Assembly (NCBI GenBank): GCA_033762115.1
Contig: JANRLX010000118.1
Coordinates: forward strand, 1-50,816
Reading direction: 5' to 3'
Source: Verrucomicrobiota bacterium
GTDB lineage: Bacteria > Verrucomicrobiota > Verrucomicrobiia > Limisphaerales > SXQI01
DNA length: 50,816 bases
Positions 18,036 through 26,584 of this stretch are shown here, piece by piece (the first letter of the stretch is position 1; every line of letters starts with the position of its first letter). The notes below the pieces were generated by a model. It searched no databases and was not told where the DNA came from. It saw nothing but the letters and a program-made list of their open reading frames with translations. A program made the translations under genes and the position numbers.

Positions 18036-19244
18036 CTACGTTCCGTCCGGCCAATCTTCACGAATGGCGACGCGAAAGAACTGGGTTATTTCGGATGTGG
18101 GGATGACGACAGTGGTGCGCTGGCCGTTGTAAGTAAAAACTGGTGAAAGCTTTTCCCAAGGGCCGTCAATGGAGGGAGAAGCATAAAGCTCGTAGGGCTG
18201 TTTGTTACTCAGATTGGGAGGACTGGACCAGGAGAATTGGATTTTATCATCTTCAGTGAGATTGAACTGGTCAATTTCAGTAAGGGCAAGTTGGAGAGAA
18301 TAATAAGCATTCACTTTCCCCCAGCCGAAATGCTGGTCCCACCCTGGAACATCACCGCTTCCTGCTCCACCGACGAGGTCCATCCCACCGGCGCAGATGA
18401 GGGCGCGAAGTTGGGTGGGGGTAAGATGGGGACGAATTGATAGCAGAAGACTACAAACCCCCGCAACCTGGGGCGCACCATAAGGATAGCCTCGAACCGA
18501 GGTCCCATTGACATTGTGTGAAAAACAATCTATCTGATCGCCTGAGGCGGCTACATCCACGCCCGGACCATAGGCAGATATTCTTTTGTCTCCGGTATTC
18601 GTGACACTCACTCCAATTGCTTGAGGACGATTGCCTGGTGATGCAGGATCTGCAGACCTGCCTATGGGCGCCACGATTAAAACATTTTTGGCAAAGGCAT
18701 TTGAAACAGAATTGAGCAGCTCAGTCGTGTTCACATCCACTCCGTACGGAATGGTGATGATTTTACAACCGTTGCTGACTGCGTAATTGATGCCGCGGGC
18801 CATCAGAGAGGCGGAAGCCAATTCATTGGAGCGAGCAATCTTGACAGCGATAATTCCGCACTGCCAGTCGATCCCGGCATAATCGTAATGATTGTTTCCC
18901 GTGCCCGCCTGGATTGCGGCCAGTTCCGTCCCTAACCCATCATGATCAGTGTAATCAGCATTTCCATCCACGAGATTGGTTCCGCCGCGGATGCGACCAT
19001 CCAGGTCAGGATGAGAGAGGCGAATTCCAGTTGCTAAAATGGCAACGGTCACATTTGTGCTGCCGGTTGTAATTGCCCAGGCAGCGGGAGCAGACATGTC
19101 CTTGCCCTGATACACTGAGGATTGATTTGAAAGATGCCACTGTCGGTGGAATCGAGGATCGTTTGGAATGAGTTGCGCTGCGTGAAGCTGTCCCGTAAGC
19201 AGCAACGAAACCAGGAGCAGGAGGACGAATCTCAAAGGTTTCAT
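18036..19244 (-). CDS. Secreted S8 subtilase homologue with substituted catalytic residues (pseudoprotease) and a C-terminal FFRV domain
   Basis: AGGAG RBS, signal peptide, PNDP...QWHL, AWAITTG, HPDL, APQVAGV, GWG.VNA. Catalytic motifs read ATG, LGT and GYPYGAP. Confidence 0.88.
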   Translation of the reverse strand: MKPLRFVLLLLVSLLLTGQLHAAQLIPNDPRFHRQWHLSNQSSVYQGKDMSAPAAWAITTGSTNVTVAILATGIRLSHPDLDGRIRGGTNLVDGNADYTDHDGLGTELAAIQAGTGNNHYDYAGIDWQCGIIAVKIARSNELASASLMARGINYAVSNGCKIITIPYGVDVNTTELLNSVSNAFAKNVLIVAPIGRSADPASPGNRPQAIGVSVTNTGDKRISAYGPGVDVAASGDQIDCFSHNVNGTSVRGYPYGAPQVAGVCSLLLSIRPHLTPTQLRALICAGGMDLVGGAGSGDVPGWDQHFGWGKVNAYYSLQLALTEIDQFNLTEDDKIQFSWSSPPNLSNKQPYELYASPSIDGPWEKLSPVFTYNGQRTTVVIPTSEITQFFRVAIREDWPDGT

Positions 19245-19255
19245 AAGCACTCCTG

Positions 19256-22200
19256 TTAATAAGTGGGACAAGCAATGGTAAGATCATCCAGCACCGCGGT
19301 GAGGGAACTTATCGGGGGACGCCTGAAAGTGACCTTAATCTCCAAGTATTTGCCAACCAAACCATTCAGAGTTGATCCGCTGGTGACATTGACCCATGGC
19401 TGGAATGGAAGTTCTGTCTCTGCATTGTGCGCCCTGACCTGGACAACAATAGAAGTCCCGGTTGGACTGGTCTGGGTCCAGCTGATCGAACTCCAGATCG
19501 CTCCTGCTTTACAAGCGGTGTGGATGAAATTCCAGAAGCCAGAGGGACGGGTGGCCCCAAAGGCAGTCTGGCCGGTCATGTCACTATAGTTATAAGGTGC
19601 AGCTTTATAGTTTAAATCAGGAGCTGTGTGTCTCGCCCCATCTCCCAGGTCTGTAATCAGATCAATGACCCCGATCGGAATATTGTTTGTGCCGAGAGAA
19701 CCCGCATTTGGATTAAGGCGAACGATGTTGTCTGAATCAATCCCGCTGGCCCAGACCTTGCCTGTATTATCCACGGCCAACCCAGTAATTGAGGCGGCAT
19801 GGGGCCAAAGATCGACATTGCCAACAAACATTCCATCCGTGGTTTTCAGACGAGCAATTGTCCTGGTTCGTATCCCGCTGCCATGCCCCACCCAGACATT
19901 TTGAGAGTTATCCACAGCAAGTCCCTGGATAATTGAACCAAGTGGTGGATAGGTAGGGAAAGTTCCCAGGACAGTATTGTTAAAATTCATTTTGGTTACG
20001 GTGCCATCCAGGTGATGAGTATGCCACACCTCCTGACTGGCTGGATCAATGGCCAATGCGTATCGCCCTTTGGTGAATTCCCAATCCGAAAAATTAATGG
20101 GAGAGCCACCGAGCGGCAGGTAAAGCAGGCCTGTTTCCCGTCCGGCAGACCAAAGAACGTTTTGTCCATCAATCAAACCGCCGTAGCCTCCGGCAGTCTC
20201 AGTAAATTCAAAACGAGGGCGTCCTGTCTTATTTGGGTAAATGACATACTCATTTCCTGTGTTTGGATCGAGGTGCACATGTTTGGCAGTGGTTTTTCCA
20301 TCTCCTCCGATCCATAGAGTGCCGTCTGCAGCAACCGCAACGGTGCGCACCCCAACAGGAGCAACCCGATGATAACGCAGGATCGCTTCATCATCAGCGC
20401 CCGGAACCTCCGTTGTAAAATCAGGAGCAGTGGGCCAATCCCGAACATCGGTAAGGCCGTAAGAGGTCTGTATGTAGCCATCGTGATTCCGGTCTTCACA
20501 GGTGTTATAAATAAAAGGGGGCTTAAGGAGGTTGCCTTTGGGATCTTCAATAAACGAACCATTCACCACTTTTCCCCGAGTCCCGCCGAGCACAATTCCA
20601 AGCTTCATGATAGAGCCCTGGCCATCCAGATTATCTTCGCGATTGCCCAGCCAAACGTTACAATCGAAATCAACCGTTGTTCGAGATGGATCTGAATCAA
20701 TGCCTGGAGGAGCGGTGCGATATTCACCCACAACTCGCCCGGTGCCGGTATCGATCCGAGCAACAGTGTTTCTTCCAGAACATGCCACCGTCAAATGGGG
20801 TGAGGTGCCTGGTGCGGTCGTCATGCGAAGAGAACCGGAAACCGAATTTAAACCCACTTTCAAGCCAACATTGAAGTCAGTGTTTGCAGTAAACACTTTG
20901 GAGGCGCAGGCTGTTAAAGTCAGGTTGGCGCTGCTACTGGTGGTTGAGCCGTAAGGATTGCTGACCACAACAGAGTACGCGGCGGCATCAGAAGAAGCGG
21001 CATTGCTGATCAGCAATTCAAAGGCCGTTGCGCCAGGGATGTCGACCCCGTTTTTACGCCATTGGTAAGTTGAAGTGCCTGTGCCAATTGCCTTGACTGA
21101 AAATCGGGCCTCGCCTCCCTCACAGGTAATTGCCGCAACTGGTTGCACCTGAATGGTTGGCTTGCCATTGATCGTGAGCGTTGCCCTGTCCGATCGGGCC
21201 TGGCAATCGGGGCCGTAAACCATGACCCAGTATTCGCCAGCGTCGGCATGTGTCAGGTTATTTTTTGTATAAAAATAGGTGTTGGCTCCAGGAATGGAAG
21301 TATCGTTAAAAAACCATTGATACCATTCACTTCCCCCGAAAGTTGCTGCGGTAAATGTGACGGAGCCAGCAAGATTTTTAACCGCTGATTGTGGTTGCTG
21401 GGTAAAGGTGAGGCAGGTATTGACGCATTCAAACTGGACATCGGTGGATTGAAAAAGGCCGCCATTGATTGTGACAAGAGTTTTTCGGTTTGAGTTGGAA
21501 TCTAGCGCCATGGTTTCCTGGCAAATGGTGACCTGCGAAAGCGAAAGGGTGCAATTATCTGCAATGATCCCCGTACCCAGGCCGGTGCCATTTTGGGTTG
21601 GCCCGGTAATAAAGCAGTTAATAATTTTATTGGTATTGCCGGGCGGGTGGTTTTGGTTCGAGCGAATGGCTTCCTGGGCCAAACGGATTTCGCAATTTCG
21701 GACCTCCATCGGAGTGTTGTTATAATAAAGCCAAAGGGCCGGTTTGGCATAGCCGGTTTGCAGGAAATTGTAGCCAGTTTGAAGCCGTTCCCCCACGGAA
21801 TCGTCTTCCGCTCCGGTGAAAACGGTCCGTCCGGCAGAATTAGCCCAATAGATTTGGCCGTACAGATAAAGGTCCGAGTTTGGATTAAATTTGATAACGG
21901 CATTGGCTTCGAAAACAGCCGTGCCACCGATGCCAAATCCACCACTGAAAAATCGATTGGCTGTACTGGGACGAATGTAATAAGTGGTGTTGGAAGCAAA
22001 GGTGAAGTTGGTGGCGAGGTCATAGGCCAGCACCCAATCCATGACAAACCCGGAGGAAAGGGAATGTGTGGAGGCGACAGCTTTTTCATGCTTAACCGCC
22101 CTTTTGATCTGGAGGGCTTCAAACAGGGCATATGATTTTTCTTTCCTGGCATTCATGGAAGCGCTGGCCTGGGGCAAGTCAGCAAGATCGTTCGCGATCT

Positions 22201-23035
22201 CTTTGAAGCGGACGGATTCCTGAAGGATTTTTCTCTTGTTGATTTCCCGCCACTCTTTGGCAACTCCGTGTCCTTTACGTCTATGGGCGCTTTCGTTACG
22301 GAGGTCGCCACTTTCTTTAAAAGCGTTGCCACGGATCATTGTCAGGTCTCCGAATCGGAGGAGTTGGTCCTTCAGTTTGCGTTTTCCATCGAGCAGATGC
22401 TCTTCTTTATGTGGAACGGGGGCGTTGAAAAATTCAGTGATGATTTCCAATTGGGCTTGCTCTTCGGGAATGCCAAATTCCTCAGGATTTAACGGTTTTT
22501 CCTGAAGAACGACATCGACTTCAAGACTTGAACGGGTGTAGGTGACAATGACATCAGCCTTGATTCCATCAAAGGCATCCGGATAGATCGCTTGATTTGA
22601 TGAAATCAGTTCACATCGGCTGGGTTTTAAACGACCCAGGATGACCGTTTCATCAGAGGAGGCATCACGATAGGTAATCGCGAGAGGGGTGGAGCGAAAC
22701 CGTTTGCCGTCAGGACTAAGTATATCAACGGCGCCTTCAGCATGAATATCGGGATTGAGGATCAATTTGATAGGTCCTTTGGTCGCAACAACAAAGTTGC
22801 CCTGCAGTTCAAGAAGGTCCTGGGATTCCCTCCAAACCCCATTTTCCAGGTAATTCATCCCATTCTGGAGCTCAACGTAGGTCGATTCTTTTTGAACGAT
22901 AGAGCTATCTTCGCGGAGGTAAGGCTGGATGCTTCGAACCACCCGGTGATGAGCGCCACGCTCGACCGTTTCCTGCACTGCTGCAAAAAGATTGAAAGAT
23001 AATCCCAAAAGAAGAGAAAATCTTAATACATCCAT
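19256..23035 (-). CDS. Large secreted multidomain protein (N-terminal uncharacterised domain, beta-helix-like region, two Ig domains, Vgb-like beta-propeller)
   Basis: Signal peptide; Ig motifs YQWFFN/YQWRKNG...DAAAYSVVVSN; propeller repeats (DPSRTTVD, GLAVDNSQNVWV, GLAVDNTGKVW, PYNYSDMTG). Confidence 0.85.
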   Translation of the reverse strand: MDVLRFSLLLGLSFNLFAAVQETVERGAHHRVVRSIQPYLREDSSIVQKESTYVELQNGMNYLENGVWRESQDLLELQGNFVVATKGPIKLILNPDIHAEGAVDILSPDGKRFRSTPLAITYRDASSDETVILGRLKPSRCELISSNQAIYPDAFDGIKADVIVTYTRSSLEVDVVLQEKPLNPEEFGIPEEQAQLEIITEFFNAPVPHKEEHLLDGKRKLKDQLLRFGDLTMIRGNAFKESGDLRNESAHRRKGHGVAKEWREINKRKILQESVRFKEIANDLADLPQASASMNARKEKSYALFEALQIKRAVKHEKAVASTHSLSSGFVMDWVLAYDLATNFTFASNTTYYIRPSTANRFFSGGFGIGGTAVFEANAVIKFNPNSDLYLYGQIYWANSAGRTVFTGAEDDSVGERLQTGYNFLQTGYAKPALWLYYNNTPMEVRNCEIRLAQEAIRSNQNHPPGNTNKIINCFITGPTQNGTGLGTGIIADNCTLSLSQVTICQETMALDSNSNRKTLVTINGGLFQSTDVQFECVNTCLTFTQQPQSAVKNLAGSVTFTAATFGGSEWYQWFFNDTSIPGANTYFYTKNNLTHADAGEYWVMVYGPDCQARSDRATLTINGKPTIQVQPVAAITCEGGEARFSVKAIGTGTSTYQWRKNGVDIPGATAFELLISNAASSDAAAYSVVVSNPYGSTTSSSANLTLTACASKVFTANTDFNVGLKVGLNSVSGSLRMTTAPGTSPHLTVACSGRNTVARIDTGTGRVVGEYRTAPPGIDSDPSRTTVDFDCNVWLGNREDNLDGQGSIMKLGIVLGGTRGKVVNGSFIEDPKGNLLKPPFIYNTCEDRNHDGYIQTSYGLTDVRDWPTAPDFTTEVPGADDEAILRYHRVAPVGVRTVAVAADGTLWIGGDGKTTAKHVHLDPNTGNEYVIYPNKTGRPRFEFTETAGGYGGLIDGQNVLWSAGRETGLLYLPLGGSPINFSDWEFTKGRYALAIDPASQEVWHTHHLDGTVTKMNFNNTVLGTFPTYPPLGSIIQGLAVDNSQNVWVGHGSGIRTRTIARLKTTDGMFVGNVDLWPHAASITGLAVDNTGKVWASGIDSDNIVRLNPNAGSLGTNNIPIGVIDLITDLGDGARHTAPDLNYKAAPYNYSDMTGQTAFGATRPSGFWNFIHTACKAGAIWSSISWTQTSPTGTSIVVQVRAHNAETELPFQPWVNVTSGSTLNGLVGKYLEIKVTFRRPPISSLTAVLDDLTIACPTY

Positions 23036-23205
23036 GCGTTTCTATTTGTTCACAAATATTAAAATAAGCAATATTTATTTTACTTATTCATTAAGGGATT
23101 TTATTTAAAGCCCGAAACGCTTCATTGAGCCCGCAGAAGGAGAGAGACAAGAGTCAAAGGTGTTGAACAAATTCTTTATTAGCTGTCGAAGAAGCGCTTC
23201 ATGTA

Positions 23206-24294
23206 TCACTTCTCTGCGCGCTGGCTGGATTTTTCAAGGTCGATATCATTATCCAGCCGCGGTTTGAAAGCTTCGATGAAGGCATTTCTGAGGACGTTCC
23301 CCACTGTCACCCAAATATCCACATCGGTCTTGTTTTCAAAACTGCCGCTAATGGGAATCTTGGTCGCTACCTGGTCCTCTTTATGATTCTTAAAAATCTG
23401 TGTGATACCAGCAACCAGCCCTTGCCAGATCATTTTAAGTGGATTTTTTCCATCCTGTTTTAATTCGAAGACATCCAAATCTTCCACGAGCAGTTTTACA
23501 TAACCTTCAAATTGCCCCTCCTTCGCCCCAACTTCAGAAAAAATATCCAGCGTTCCGCGCTTTACGTTAACGTTTGCGTACGCCTCAAGCATTTCATTCA
23601 GCGAAGGAAGGTTCATGTTTGTGACCGCAAGATTCAAATCAAAGGTAGGCTTTTCCGCCAAAGGGTTTAATCCCACCCGCAACTCCAGTTCCCCTTCTCC
23701 AATGGTGCGACCGCGCACGCGCACCTTGGCTGGAAGCGCCTCGGTCGATTCCCGGGCATTGGTGAGGTTGGTTGCCACGGCCACAAGATTGGTGATGAAG
23801 AGATCCATCTGCGGTTCCGTTTTGAAATCGTGAAACCAGATTTCGCCCCCATTCATGGCGAAACGATTAATGCGAAATGGAAAAAGTGATTTAACGATTT
23901 CCACCCAGCTTTTGTCGATGCTGGTCTGGCTTTGCTCTTCCGATTCGGCCTTGATAAAATTCAATTTACCCCTGAGCACTTCAATTTCCCCGACCAGGGA
24001 ACCGTGAAATAATTCACTCCATTGCATGGAGAGATCAACTTGCTTCGCAGAAAAAAAGGGCACTGAAACCTCGCCACTGGTTTTAAGGACGTTCACGTCA
24101 TCAATTGAATAAGCGCCCCGGATGAGATGAATATCCACATCCCCGATATGCCCATCATATTCAGGGAGTTCATCCAGCTGGTTATTGACGTAATTGCGAA
24201 CGATTGTGGGTAGTGCGAGCCGAAAAGCCACCAAAGCAACCACCAGGAGCAGCAAAGCCCAGCGCCATTTGGCTGAAAACCGCTTTAATTTCAT
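23206..24294 (-). CDS. DUF748 (AsmA-like) family protein
   Basis: N-terminal TM, then YVNNQL, GHIGDVDIHLIRGAYSI, GYVK, QVATKIPISG and LRNAFI. Confidence 0.8.
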   Translation of the reverse strand: MKLKRFSAKWRWALLLLVVALVAFRLALPTIVRNYVNNQLDELPEYDGHIGDVDIHLIRGAYSIDDVNVLKTSGEVSVPFFSAKQVDLSMQWSELFHGSLVGEIEVLRGKLNFIKAESEEQSQTSIDKSWVEIVKSLFPFRINRFAMNGGEIWFHDFKTEPQMDLFITNLVAVATNLTNARESTEALPAKVRVRGRTIGEGELELRVGLNPLAEKPTFDLNLAVTNMNLPSLNEMLEAYANVNVKRGTLDIFSEVGAKEGQFEGYVKLLVEDLDVFELKQDGKNPLKMIWQGLVAGITQIFKNHKEDQVATKIPISGSFENKTDVDIWVTVGNVLRNAFIEAFKPRLDNDIDLEKSSQRAEK

Positions 24295-24498
24295 GTGCTT
24301 CCTCGAACCATTATACGGCGGGAGAGGGTGTCTGTCGTGACGGAGAAGAAAAGAACTGCGTCCCAAGGAAACCATTCCAGCAAGTCAGGAAATCTCTGAG
24401 TGCAGGAACCGCAATGCTCCTGATAGTGAGGGCTGATCACATCCGTTTATAAAAACAATCAATGAAAGGTGCCGGAGCCGGGCACCACTCGAAAAACT

Positions 24499-25113
24499 AT
24501 GGAAACCAAGCAGCAAGTAATTCTGTCTGTCGATGATAATGATGTCGACGGAGCTCTACTAGAGCGTGCCTTCAAGCGTTGCGCCCTGCCCTGCCGCTTA
24601 TTCCGCGTGAGTGAAGGCCCACAGGCCTTGTCGTATTTGAGCGGAGAAGGAATTTACTGCGACCGGGCAAGTTACCCAATTCCAGACCTGATCCTGCTGG
24701 ATTTGGCCATGCCAAAGATGAGCGGGTTGGAAGTATTGAACTGGATCCGGCAGCAACCGGAATTGAAGAAAACAACAGTCCTCATATTCACCTCATCGGA
24801 GAACCCCGAAGATGTCAAAACCGCTACTAAAATCGGGGCCAATGGCTACCTGATTAAACCGACGAAATTCGAGGATCTGAAAAATCTGGTTAAAGAGATT
24901 TACACTGACTGGCTTGATAAAACGAAAAAACCAAAACCTTCCGTAAAGAAAGCCAAAAACGGTTCCAAATCTGAGGAAGGTGCTCCAGTCGCCGCAGAAT
25001 CTGAGCAGACGGAAAACGGATCCGTTGAATCGCAGGCGACTCCGTCCGAATCTCCCTCCTCCTCACAAAATGTTACCCCTTCCAATGAATTAGCTGGGGC
25101 AACTGCCCCTTGA
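24499..25113 (+). CDS. Single-domain response regulator (Rcp1/CheY-like) with a low-complexity C-terminal tail
   Basis: VDDND, PDLILLDLAMP, FTSS, GANGYLIKP; about 70-aa Lys-rich then Ser/Glu-rich tail. Confidence 0.9.
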   Translation: METKQQVILSVDDNDVDGALLERAFKRCALPCRLFRVSEGPQALSYLSGEGIYCDRASYPIPDLILLDLAMPKMSGLEVLNWIRQQPELKKTTVLIFTSSENPEDVKTATKIGANGYLIKPTKFEDLKNLVKEIYTDWLDKTKKPKPSVKKAKNGSKSEEGAPVAAESEQTENGSVESQATPSESPSSSQNVTPSNELAGATAP

Positions 25114-25240
25114 ATCAAAATCAGTCAGACTTTTCATATCCCGCATCATTAAACTGGAGAAGATCTGTTCCAGTAAATCGCTTGCATGGTGCCTGTGGAT
25201 ATGGTTAGTTGGTAAGACACCGTATGACACGAAAGGAACC

Positions 25241-25495
25241 ATGGATCTTCCAGGTTATGCCATAGGTCAGGCGGTATTTATCCGGACCGACACTCCCGAT
25301 TACCTTGAGGAGTCCATTCCTTTTCAAACCATTGAAGAAATGGTTCGAGTCTGCTCCCGCTCCTACCCCAACCTCACGCTCGAAAAGGTGGTTCTTTACA
25401 GCATGATCGATAATGAAGCCTGCGCCTTGACCCTGGGGTTTATTTCATCGAGCAAAGGGCAGCGCCCGGAATCCATTCCCAAATATCAGCAGTAA
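25241..25495 (+). CDS. Hypothetical protein (84 aa)
   Basis: AAAGGA RBS before ATG; fills the intergenic gap; globular-looking composition. Confidence 0.7.
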   Translation: MDLPGYAIGQAVFIRTDTPDYLEESIPFQTIEEMVRVCSRSYPNLTLEKVVLYSMIDNEACALTLGFISSSKGQRPESIPKYQQ

Positions 25496-25517
25496 TTTCC
25501 GTTGCTTTTTCTTCAAC

Positions 25518-26516
25518 TCACCTGGAGGAAATTTCCAGCATCCGATCAATCGGCAGACGCGCTCGTGTAATGATCTGAGGCGACAGCTCGACCTGCGGGG
25601 AGCGTTTCACCATGCAATCGTAAAGCTTTTCCAGAGTGTTCATTTTCATGAAGCGACATTCATTGCAGGCGCAATTATCGGTGGGAGCGGGAATAAAAGT
25701 TTTCCCCGGGCATTCCTTTTTCAGGCGGTGCAACATCCCCGCTTCAGTGGCAATGATGAATGCCTGGGCGGGGCTGGCCTTGCAATAGCTGACCATCTTT
25801 TCCGTGGAGCAAACCTCATCTGCCAGCATCCGGACAGCTCGGGTGCATTCGGGATGAGCGACGACAGGCGCGTCTGGATATTGGCGACGAATTTTTGTAA
25901 GCGCCGCATGGGTCCATTCCACATGCACGTAACAATTGCCACGCCATAATGTCATTGGGCGACCGGTTTGTTCCATGACCCAGGCACCCAAATTTTCGTC
26001 CGGGACAAACAGGATATCTTTTCCCGGAGGGGTGGCATTGACAATTTTTACAGCGTTTCCACTGGTGCAGATCACATCACATAACGCTTTCACTTCGGCA
26101 CTGCAATTGATGTAGGCGATAGTCCAGAAATTCGGATTTGTTTCCTGAAGCTTTTTCAGGGCTGGAGCCGGGCAGCTTGCTTCAAGGGAGCAACCGGCGT
26201 CCTTGTCCGGAAGGAGGACCAGCTTCGAAGGATTCAAAATTTTGGCAGTCTCCGCCATGAAATGAACACCGCAAAAAACGATCACCTCGGCATTTGTTTT
26301 GGCTGCCTGTTGGGAGAGCCCGAGGGAATCACCGACGTAATCAGCCACATCCTGAATTTCAGCCACCTGATAATTATGAGCCAGGATGACCGCATTGAGT
26401 TTTTTCTTTAGCTCGAGGATTTCCCGGGAAAGTGCATCGATACGCTCAGGCGGAGTGATTGCGCGAGTGGGGAAACGATCCACCCCTGTCGGTCGAACCT
26501 CAGTAAGATCAATCAT
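25518..26516 (-). CDS. nadA: Quinolinate synthase
   Basis: ILAHNYQ, GDSL, FCGVHFMAETAK, AGCSL, AYINCSA, CYVH, HPEC, C..MK. Confidence 0.97.
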   Translation of the reverse strand: MIDLTEVRPTGVDRFPTRAITPPERIDALSREILELKKKLNAVILAHNYQVAEIQDVADYVGDSLGLSQQAAKTNAEVIVFCGVHFMAETAKILNPSKLVLLPDKDAGCSLEASCPAPALKKLQETNPNFWTIAYINCSAEVKALCDVICTSGNAVKIVNATPPGKDILFVPDENLGAWVMEQTGRPMTLWRGNCYVHVEWTHAALTKIRRQYPDAPVVAHPECTRAVRMLADEVCSTEKMVSYCKASPAQAFIIATEAGMLHRLKKECPGKTFIPAPTDNCACNECRFMKMNTLEKLYDCMVKRSPQVELSPQIITRARLPIDRMLEISSR

Positions 26517-26584
26517 TGACTGAACGTTACGGTCGCACCTTGAAACCGTCAATCACACCAAAGGTGACCCAGAAAAGTCCCTGA

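Noticed and set aside
17797..18146. Short ORFs 17797-18054 and 17961-18146
   Set aside because: Translations of tRNA-Val; the same applies to 37306-37500 over tRNA-Phe.
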